Below, piece after piece: positions 1-4,948 of a DNA stretch of 6,712 nt. Source of the stretch: a virus; IMG/VR virus record IMGVR_UViG_3300018405_000745, positions 1 to 6,712 of that record. One strand, 5' to 3'. The number at the start of each line of letters is the position of its first letter. The stretch's first letter is position 1. The position numbers and the translations under genes were made by a program. The notes below the pieces were generated by a model. The model saw nothing but the letters and a program-made list of their open reading frames with translations, was not told the origin of the DNA and ran no database searches.

Positions 1-5
1 AACAC

Positions 6-22
6 CAAGGGCTTTGCCCTTG
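6..22. repeat. Short perfect hairpin or inverted repeat, CAAGGGC-TTT-GCCCTTG
   Basis: A 7-bp stem (6-12 pairs with 16-22) with a 3-nt loop, in non-coding DNA. It is duplicated at 6595-6611 as part of the terminal repeat. Confidence 0.6.
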
Positions 23-43
23 TCATCCCACTCTTCGCCAGAG

Positions 44-86
44 GGTCAGAGGGCAGGGGAGAAAAGCTTTCCCCTGCCCTATGACC
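44..86. repeat. Long imperfect hairpin in the non-coding region
   Basis: GGTCAgAGGGCAGGGGA (44-60) pairs with TCCCCTGCCCTaTGACC (70-86). That gives 16 of 17 pairs with a single G/A mismatch (49/81) and a 9-nt loop, GAAAAGCTT. Confidence 0.7.
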
Positions 87-150
87 TAAGCTTGATCTGG
101 TCGGAGGAGGGTCAAGGGTCGGCGCAAGCGCCTCAAATCCTCACCCGTTC

Positions 151-180
151 GTTTTTTCGCGGTGAAGCGTGCGAAAAAGC
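151..180. repeat. Hairpin, GTTTTTTCGC-N10-GCGAAAAAGC
   Basis: 151-160 pairs with 171-180. There are 10 pairs including one G-T, and a 10-nt loop, GGTGAAGCGT. No T-tract follows on either strand, so it is not a classic terminator. Confidence 0.55.
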
Positions 181-191
181 CGCTGCGGCTT
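171..191 (-). terminator. Possible weak intrinsic terminator downstream of the 122-aa gene
   Basis: The minus strand reads AAGCCG-CAG-CGGCTT followed by TTTCGC, a 6-bp stem with a 3-nt loop and a short T run. It competes structurally with the 151-180 hairpin. Confidence 0.25.
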
Positions 192-309
192 GCGGTTTGC
201 CCCCTGACCGAGAAAGTAATCAGTCGGTACAAAGCGCGATAAGCATGAGAGCAAGAGACCATGCGAGCAATAGCGGCAGGCCCCAATCCGAATAAAGAAC
301 ATCCATTTG

Positions 310-678
310 TCAGCTTCCCTGGTACTCGTGGGAGTTCGGAGACGATGCTGCGATCTTGCTGGCCAAGGTCGATAACCAGACCTGCTGTTCTAGCTGATCA
401 GGTGTGACTGGGCCACCAGATAAACGCCTGACCGCAATTTCTCGAGCCTTGTCCTGGAGCATGCAAACAATTGCAGTGTTCTCAGCCTCCGTGAGCAGAA
501 CAGCGCCGGGAGCTAGTTTAGTAACGTTACCTTGTGCCGCTTTCTGCCTCTCACGGTATGCGCGCTGTTTCTCGGCTGGCGTCATGGCTTTACCAGTCGA
601 AGGACGACCACGGCGCTTGCGCTGGGAAGGCTCGTCCAGGGGAAGTGGCTGTGTGGCTTTATCTGTCGGGTCGATCAT
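310..678 (-). CDS. 122-aa hypothetical protein with a basic, AT-hook-like N-terminus (RKRRGRPSTGK...AEKQRAYRERQK). It is the second gene of the accessory pair.
   Basis: An ATG at 678-676 overlaps the TGA of the upstream gene (ATGA). An AGGAAG Shine-Dalgarno-like element lies 7 nt upstream. The ORF is the same sense as the rest of the phage. RGRP flanked by K/R matches the AT-hook core. Confidence 0.7.
   Translation of the reverse strand: MIDPTDKATQPLPLDEPSQRKRRGRPSTGKAMTPAEKQRAYRERQKAAQGNVTKLAPGAVLLTEAENTAIVCMLQDKAREIAVRRLSGGPVTPDQLEQQVWLSTLASKIAASSPNSHEYQGS
520..531. promoter_or_regulatory. Third exact copy of AGTAACGTTACC (contains the perfect palindrome GTAACGTTAC), inside the 122-aa gene
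   Basis: The 12-mer is identical to those at 945-956 and 1008-1019. Confidence 0.5.
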
Positions 679-914
679 GATGCCGCTTCCTGGGCTTTCC
701 AGATTGCAACGTCTACGTCATCGAACTCTTCAATTTGCAAAAGCCCAGCCGCATAAAGGGCTTGTGCGAAACCGCGCAACCGTTCCGGCTTTAGCTCGCC
801 CCGAATCGCGTCATCTAGGTAGGTATCGAGCACTTCATTTAGCAGGTTCGTTCTGTCCAGGCCTAGGAAGTGGTATAGATCGTTCAAAGCGGGGAGCAGG
901 TTAAGGCGTTTCAT
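675..914 (-). CDS. 79-aa acidic hypothetical protein (MKRLNLLPALNDLYHFLGLD...), the first gene of the accessory pair
   Basis: The ATG at 914-912 is preceded by AAGGAG (923-928) at 8-nt spacing. The gene lies downstream of a perfect TATAAT. Its stop overlaps the next start. I count about 14 D/E against 8 K/R. The track's 173-aa version begins at a TTG inside zot and is not favoured. Confidence 0.65.
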   Translation of the reverse strand: MKRLNLLPALNDLYHFLGLDRTNLLNEVLDTYLDDAIRGELKPERLRGFAQALYAAGLLQIEEFDDVDVAIWKAQEAAS

Positions 915-939
915 TGCAGTCTCCTTGGTTCGTGCCCTA

Positions 940-967
940 ATTATAGTAACGTTACCGTAAATGTGAT
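940..967 (-). promoter_or_regulatory. Candidate sigma70-type promoter of the 79/122-aa operon
   Basis: The minus strand has a perfect -10 TATAAT (plus-strand 940-945). The best -35 is ATCACA (962-967), 4 of 6 matches with a 16-nt spacer. The spacer consists largely of the GTAACGTTAC palindrome. Confidence 0.55.
945..963. promoter_or_regulatory. Promoter-proximal operator-like repeat AGTAACGTTACCgTAAATG
   Basis: A 19-nt direct repeat of 1008-1026 with one mismatch. It contains a 10-bp perfect palindrome and sits between the -35 and -10 elements. Confidence 0.6.
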
Positions 968-1007
968 AATTACATATTCCTATCAGAGCAGAGCGTGCAA
1001 TAGACAA

Positions 1008-1026
1008 AGTAACGTTACCATAAATG
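1008..1026. promoter_or_regulatory. Promoter-distal operator-like repeat AGTAACGTTACCaTAAATG
   Basis: It lies 63 bp (about six helical turns) from the proximal copy. It overlaps the zot stop codon (1015-1017). Confidence 0.6.
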
Positions 1027-2283
1027 GCCGGGCTTGCCTGATCCGACCACGACGATATCCGAAGTAGACGAACCCTCAAGCTGCGCACCTCTGGCCACGC
1101 GATCTGCGCCAAGGCTATCGACGGTGCGTCGATCGACACGACCACGGATATCAATAGGCCACGATCTGGCGACGTAAGCGACGGATTGTTTCTCAAGCAA
1201 GAGGCCGTATCCGGTCCTGGTCACAGTCCAGCCCAGGGCCTGAATCTCACTCACGCGGAAACGTTCCTTGATGTGATACGACGAATCGAGCAGCTCGATC
1301 TCGCCCATCAGCTCGCGACCGGGCTTATCACTATCGATGATGGCGGTGGCCCTGATCTGATACTGCTGAGCCATCTTGTCCAGGTAGTCGATTGGTGGAG
1401 GAAGCGCGTCTACCTTCTGATCGGTGGCGGATGCAGCAGGTGCACTCGCCTGCATGGATGGCGGCTCGGGATTGGTGAGCCCGGATGACGGCTCGACGCG
1501 CTGGACAGTGACAGCCGATGAAGGCTGCGTAGATGCAACGGCCCCGCCCGTTCCGGTGAAAAACCCATAGAGGTGATACACGGCGTAGATCGCGCCAACG
1601 AAAACGAATGGCACGCCTAGGGAGAGCAGCTTAGAGTTCTTCAGAACGTTGGTGCGCTCGGTCTGGTAGACGCTGCCCTTGACCGTCTCGCGACGGTGAC
1701 TGGAGTAGAGCCCGAAATAATTCGAGTCGTAGGAGCGGACGCCAGAGCCGATCTTGACGAACTTGCCCTTCGCCTGTTTTTGCCATTGCTCCCACTTGTA
1801 CTGATTGGGTCGGCCAACCGCCTGAAGTTTGAGGAAATAGATGATGTCCTCGATCCGGCTGCGGATGATCTTGTGCACGTCATCGCGGTCCTGACCCATG
1901 ATGACGATCTCTAGCCCGCGGTGCCGGTGTTCGGTCCAGAACTTTTGCTGGTTGAGCGGCAGCTTGTAGTTGCCGCTCGGAAAGTAGTCCTGAATCTCGT
2001 CCCATACGATCATCGCGTTATCAGGCGTCTTGTCGGCGAACTCGTTCTTCACGCGCTCGATGTCACCGGCTGCGCCATCCTGCTCAGCAGGCTCGACGTA
2101 GATGAGCAGCATGCGGACGTACTCGACAGGCTCGTCGAGGAGCTGGGCGAACTTCTCCCAGTTGATGCCGCGAATATTGGTAACGACCTGACGGCCTGCC
2201 TTCAAGGCGGGCAGGATGTGAAAAACGCAGGCTTCGTAGCTCTTGCCAGCTCCCGGCAGCCCCTCGTGGAAGTGGATAGCCAT
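1015..2283 (-). CDS. zot: pI/Zot-family morphogenesis NTPase, 422 aa
   Basis: The N-terminus MAIHFHEGLPGAGKSYEA carries a Walker A motif, GLPGAGKS (nt 2239-2262). The Walker B motif is MIVWDEIQ. A single TM segment, LLSLGVPFVFVGAIYAVYHLYGFF, falls mid-protein and is followed by a P/S/A-rich linker and a C-terminal domain. The ATG lies 3 nt after the pVI-like stop, with an AGGTGG Shine-Dalgarno element. Confidence 0.93.
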   Translation of the reverse strand: MAIHFHEGLPGAGKSYEACVFHILPALKAGRQVVTNIRGINWEKFAQLLDEPVEYVRMLLIYVEPAEQDGAAGDIERVKNEFADKTPDNAMIVWDEIQDYFPSGNYKLPLNQQKFWTEHRHRGLEIVIMGQDRDDVHKIIRSRIEDIIYFLKLQAVGRPNQYKWEQWQKQAKGKFVKIGSGVRSYDSNYFGLYSSHRRETVKGSVYQTERTNVLKNSKLLSLGVPFVFVGAIYAVYHLYGFFTGTGGAVASTQPSSAVTVQRVEPSSGLTNPEPPSMQASAPAASATDQKVDALPPPIDYLDKMAQQYQIRATAIIDSDKPGRELMGEIELLDSSYHIKERFRVSEIQALGWTVTRTGYGLLLEKQSVAYVARSWPIDIRGRVDRRTVDSLGADRVARGAQLEGSSTSDIVVVGSGKPGHLW

Positions 2284-2286
2284 AGG

Positions 2287-2580
2287 TCACCACCTACCGA
2301 GCGTGATGGCCTTGCGGCCAAGACGAAACATGTAGGCGGATGCAATCATGGCGAATGCCTGAGTAAGGCCAGCTTCGGACATAAAGAAACCGATGAACTC
2401 CATGACCGGCCCCATCTGGTCAGAGATGGGCGTGTCCATGAAGTCAGGCGGGGTGATCGTCTCGAGTACAGAGACGATGGCGTCTAGCAGGTCCTTGAGG
2501 ATCGCGACAGGCTTGTCGTCGAGATACTCGGTCCCGTCATCCCAGAGGCCTTTCCAGAAGGCGAGCGTGAAGAATTCCAT
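2287..2580 (-). CDS. pVI-like minor virion or membrane protein, 97 aa
   Basis: It sits between the adsorption gene and zot, as gene VI does in Ff-type phages. It has a hydrophobic core, FIGFFMSEAGLTQAFAMIASAYMF. A GAGGTGA Shine-Dalgarno element lies just upstream of the ATG at 2580. Confidence 0.6.
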   Translation of the reverse strand: MEFFTLAFWKGLWDDGTEYLDDKPVAILKDLLDAIVSVLETITPPDFMDTPISDQMGPVMEFIGFFMSEAGLTQAFAMIASAYMFRLGRKAITLGRW

Positions 2581-2588
2581 GGATCACC

Positions 2589-3929
2589 TCAGAGCAGAGC
2601 AATGCGGAATGCGAAGAAGCCAGCAGCGGCCAGAATGACGGCCTTGATGGCATTCCAGGGGATGTCGCCGTTGCAGAGCTGGTCAATGTCGATGTCGAAG
2701 ACCCAAACGGAGACCGACCAGCGCGGGCAGGTGCCCGTAGCACGGAACGTCAGAAAGCTACTCGTCTGCGACGCGACCGGGGTCTGCTGGACCTTGCCGA
2801 CGAATTCGGTCAGCACCGATCCGAATGTGTCACCAGTTGGGGTGTACCAGTCCTGACCCTCTCCACCACCACCCGCACCGCAATCATCACCAGTGCAATC
2901 GCCTACACCGTCACCGTCACTGTCGGGGTTGCCCTTGCCCGGGCAGGCCTCACCCTTGCAGGTGGATGATTCGCCGGTCTTGTTCCCATTGGCGTCCTCG
3001 GTGGTGGTCTTGGTGGTCTCGGCCTTCGTGGTCGTGCAATTGTTCACGCCGACACACTTGGTCACGGTGGCGGTGTCTTTCTTGGTGGTCTTAACCGAGC
3101 CGTCCGCAAGAGTCTCTTTCGTGACCTCGGTGCGAATGTCGATCCCGTTTTTCTCTGGCACTTTGGTGGTGCAAAACTCAGAACCGTCTTCGAGCGTGGC
3201 GCAGATTTGGCCCTCGACTTCGTCGGTCTTGCTCGAAGTGCAAACCTCCTTCGAACCATCGGCCGCATAGATGCACGGCTGCTCGTCCTTGAGGTTTTGA
3301 GGCTCAGGGGTCTCGATGGTGTCTTCAGGAACCAGATCAGAGCCAGTAGGCGCGCCAGTAGGGCATTCTGAGCCCGTATATTCACCTGAGCCACGACAGA
3401 AGTAGTCGCCACTCACGCGAGCCACGCAGCGGCGATCAGTGGTTTCGATAGCGCATCCGGAATAGCACGCATTACGCCCCGGTATGAACATGGGCTTGCC
3501 ATTGATATCAGCAAGTGTTCCGTAACCATCACCGGCAGTTCCTTGCTTTGACCAGTTCATCGACTGGCCTTGCTTGTCCTGACAAAGGTTTTGGGGAGCC
3601 TCACATGCGCCAGTCTGAGCATTGTATTCACCAGAAGAACAGCCGGACCCTGATCGAACCAATGTCGTGTAAACAGCTTTATTAGTAGATGGCGGTTGCA
3701 CCATCTGACAGGACGCTTGCGTAGTTGAAGTTATTGCATAACCAGACTCTTGATAGCCTTGGTTTTTATAGTAAGTGCCAACCGAACCGGCCCATTGAGC
3801 GGAGCACGCAAGCGCGACAGATGAATACTGCTGGGCCGAGGTAGATGTGCCCCAAGAGTAATCGGACGCTAACGAATGACCAGAGAAGATCAGGCCGCAG
3901 AGAACCCAGCAATAATCGCGCAGGCGCAT
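2589..3929 (-). CDS. pIII-like adsorption/minor coat protein, 446 aa from the ATG at 3929
   Basis: The signal peptide is MRLRDYCWVLCGLIFSGHSLA/SD. The protein has many Cys, T-rich and G-rich linkers (GAGGGGEG), and a C-terminal anchor AIKAVILAAAGFFAFRIALL. It lies directly after the coat gene and its terminator. The track start at 3941 is a TTG four codons upstream. Confidence 0.8.
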   Translation of the reverse strand: MRLRDYCWVLCGLIFSGHSLASDYSWGTSTSAQQYSSVALACSAQWAGSVGTYYKNQGYQESGYAITSTTQASCQMVQPPSTNKAVYTTLVRSGSGCSSGEYNAQTGACEAPQNLCQDKQGQSMNWSKQGTAGDGYGTLADINGKPMFIPGRNACYSGCAIETTDRRCVARVSGDYFCRGSGEYTGSECPTGAPTGSDLVPEDTIETPEPQNLKDEQPCIYAADGSKEVCTSSKTDEVEGQICATLEDGSEFCTTKVPEKNGIDIRTEVTKETLADGSVKTTKKDTATVTKCVGVNNCTTTKAETTKTTTEDANGNKTGESSTCKGEACPGKGNPDSDGDGVGDCTGDDCGAGGGGEGQDWYTPTGDTFGSVLTEFVGKVQQTPVASQTSSFLTFRATGTCPRWSVSVWVFDIDIDQLCNGDIPWNAIKAVILAAAGFFAFRIALL

Positions 3930-3979
3930 AGTGCCCCCCAAGTGAAAATCCCGAACTGAATCAGCATTTCGAACCCCTT

Positions 3980-4007
3980 AAACAAATGAGGCCCCCGAAG
4001 GAGCCTC
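3980..4007 (-). terminator. Rho-independent terminator after the major coat gene
   Basis: The minus-strand RNA reads GAGGCUCC-UUCG-GGGGCCUC, 8 bp with one G-U pair and a UUCG tetraloop, followed by AUUUGUUU. Ff phages have a terminator in the same position after gene VIII. Confidence 0.8.
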
Positions 4008-4024
4008 TAGCGGTGCAGCAACGA

Positions 4025-4159
4025 TCAGCGGAACCAGCCGATGACCTTGTTGAAACCCCATTTGGCGACACCCGGCAGAACCTTAATTGCAGCAATCGCG
4101 GCGATAGCGGCAACTACGGTGGAAGCGTCGACAGCGGAGGTGACGGCGGTGAAATCCAT
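4025..4159 (-). CDS. Major coat protein, 44 aa, no cleavable leader: MDFTAVTSAVDASTVVAAIAAIAAIKVLPGVAKWGFNKVIGWFR
   Basis: I translated this by hand and it is not in the ORF track. The N-terminus is acidic, the core is hydrophobic and alanine-rich, and the C-terminus is basic and aromatic. A GAGGAG Shine-Dalgarno element lies 7 nt upstream of the ATG. A strong terminator follows the gene. Confidence 0.85.
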   Translation of the reverse strand: MDFTAVTSAVDASTVVAAIAAIAAIKVLPGVAKWGFNKVIGWFR

Positions 4160-4163
4160 GGTG

Positions 4164-4436
4164 TTACTCCTCGATGGTTAGTGGTTCGGCGCGTGAGTTG
4201 ATGTAACCCACAACTACGCCGAATCCCCAGGCGGTGAGCCAGAGGATCAGGGGCAGAGACAAACCAGCCATAAAAGCGGTCTGGATCGTCTCCGAATCGG
4301 GCATTGCAAAAAGAGCCGCCAGCGTGGGAGTTGCGGCGTATTCCTCAGCAGTCATAAGCGCGTAACCGGCACAGGCAGGCGAGTACTCGCCAACCACACG
4401 GATCGAATCAGCTACGACCTCAACGCAGAGGCTCAT
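4164..4436 (-). CDS. 90-aa hypothetical membrane protein (possible minor virion or assembly protein)
   Basis: The ATG overlaps the stop of the 32-aa ORF (ATGA). The C-terminal TM segment is AFMAGLSLPLILWLTAWGFGVVVGYI. The gene lies in the structural module between the ssDNA-binding and coat genes. Confidence 0.6.
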   Translation of the reverse strand: MSLCVEVVADSIRVVGEYSPACAGYALMTAEEYAATPTLAALFAMPDSETIQTAFMAGLSLPLILWLTAWGFGVVVGYINSRAEPLTIEE

Positions 4437-4531
4437 GGCCGAAGCTCACGACGAACGAAGGCCAAGGCGGCAACACCACCAGCGAGGGTGGCGAAGAGCC
4501 AGAACGTGGCCGAGAGGCTGGCGGAGAGCAT
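4433..4531 (-). CDS. 32-aa hydrophobic peptide MLSASLSATFWLFATLAGGVAALAFVRRELRP, pVII/pIX-like
   Basis: I translated this by hand and it is not in the track. The ATG shares one base with the TGA of the upstream gene (TGATG). Its stop overlaps the next ATG. It has a single TM segment and a basic C-terminal tail, with the size and position typical of the small Ff tip proteins. Confidence 0.5.
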   Translation of the reverse strand: MLSASLSATFWLFATLAGGVAALAFVRRELRP

Positions 4532-4863
4532 CAGGCGGTCGCCGGCTGCTGTTGACGGGAAACGGCGAAGAGGTTCACGTTCTGAACCTTGGTTAGCCCG
4601 GTCAGCGTCAGGGTCGCTTTACCCTGTGCACCTGGACGAGAGCCGAAGTCCAAATCGAAGAGCGCGGGCAACTTGGCGTCGCGCAGGCGGTCAATCAGCG
4701 CACAATCGGCGCTAACCTTGGTGGGTTTGAATCCGAAACTACCGGCGGTGTCTTCGCGGTAGTCGTTGACGTACCAGACGGAAAGACCCTTGCGAATTTC
4801 GCCGGTTTTTTCGTCGGGCATTTCCCAGCTATCACACGAAAGGATAAGGGCGCGTTCTGCCAT
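4531..4863 (-). CDS. Putative ssDNA-binding protein (gene V analogue), 110 aa from the ATG at 4863
   Basis: It is the first gene of the structural operon, in the position of gene V, and its size is appropriate. A GAGG Shine-Dalgarno element lies 9 nt upstream of the ATG. The function is inferred from synteny only. The track start at 4878 is a TTG. Confidence 0.5.
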   Translation of the reverse strand: MAERALILSCDSWEMPDEKTGEIRKGLSVWYVNDYREDTAGSFGFKPTKVSADCALIDRLRDAKLPALFDLDFGSRPGAQGKATLTLTGLTKVQNVNLFAVSRQQQPATA

Positions 4864-4898
4864 GACAATAAACCTCAATTAGTGGTCGGAGCACCTGA

Positions 4899-4918
4899 AC
4901 GTCAAGTGCGCTTGACGT
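4899..4918. promoter_or_regulatory. Perfect palindrome ACGTCAAG-TGCG-CTTGACGT, operator-like, in the divergent intergenic region
   Basis: The arms are 8 bp with a 4-bp spacer. Each arm contains TTGACG, a -35-like hexamer, reading outward on its own strand. Confidence 0.5.
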
Positions 4919-4948
4919 AAAGTAGCCTTAACTATTGCGGGAGTCAAC

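Larger units (their letters stand above)
1..123. repeat. Left copy of the terminal direct repeat (circular closure or tandem junction)
   Basis: Bases 1-123 match 6590-6712 base for base. Both copies are truncated exactly by the window edges. Confidence 0.95.

Noticed and set aside
14-295. A plus-strand 93-aa ORF and a minus-strand 66-aa ORF (86-286) in the non-coding region
   Set aside because: Both start at TTG, lack a Shine-Dalgarno element, run through the hairpins and repeats, and give low-complexity R/S/G-rich products. They are most likely non-coding. The 58-aa version of the minus-strand ORF, starting at the ATG at 262, cannot be fully excluded.
983-994. The exact 12-mer TCAGAGCAGAGC, shared with 2589-2600
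   Set aside because: About one exact 12-mer pair is expected by chance in 6.7 kb. The flanks do not extend the match in any meaningful way.
675-1196. The 173-aa minus-strand ORF from the track
   Set aside because: Its start is a TTG inside zot and its first 94 codons overlap zot and the operator/promoter region. The internal ATG at 914 has an AAGGAG Shine-Dalgarno element and a TATAAT upstream, so only the last 79 aa are called.
1015-1600. An internal in-frame start in zot producing a pXI-like protein
   Set aside because: No Met precedes the TM segment, and the downstream Met codons lack Shine-Dalgarno elements.
1015-2283. The Zot-like protein as an enterotoxin or virulence factor
   Set aside because: The Zot domain is the standard inovirus pI assembly ATPase. 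Nothing in the sequence supports toxin activity.
1921-2487. Long plus-strand ORFs antisense to zot, pIII and rep (including 404-904, 1186-1488, 2893-3270, 5220-5843, 5468-5980 and 6015-6509)
   Set aside because: These are typical shadow ORFs of a GC-rich coding strand. Their products are R/P/S/G-rich, they have no Shine-Dalgarno elements, and they are nested fully in better-supported genes.
3749-3755. A pC194/phiX-type nick motif, CTTGATA (also CTTGATC at 91-97)
   Set aside because: Both are on the plus strand, whereas the viral strand is expected to be the minus strand. A 7-mer is also expected about once by chance in this much sequence.
3930-3941. Track start codons at 3941 (pIII-like gene) and 4878 (gene V analogue)
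   Set aside because: Both are TTG codons a few codons upstream of an ATG. For the pIII-like gene the ATG gives a cleaner signal peptide. For the gene V analogue the ATG has a GAGG Shine-Dalgarno element 9 nt upstream. The ATG starts at 3929 and 4863 are preferred.
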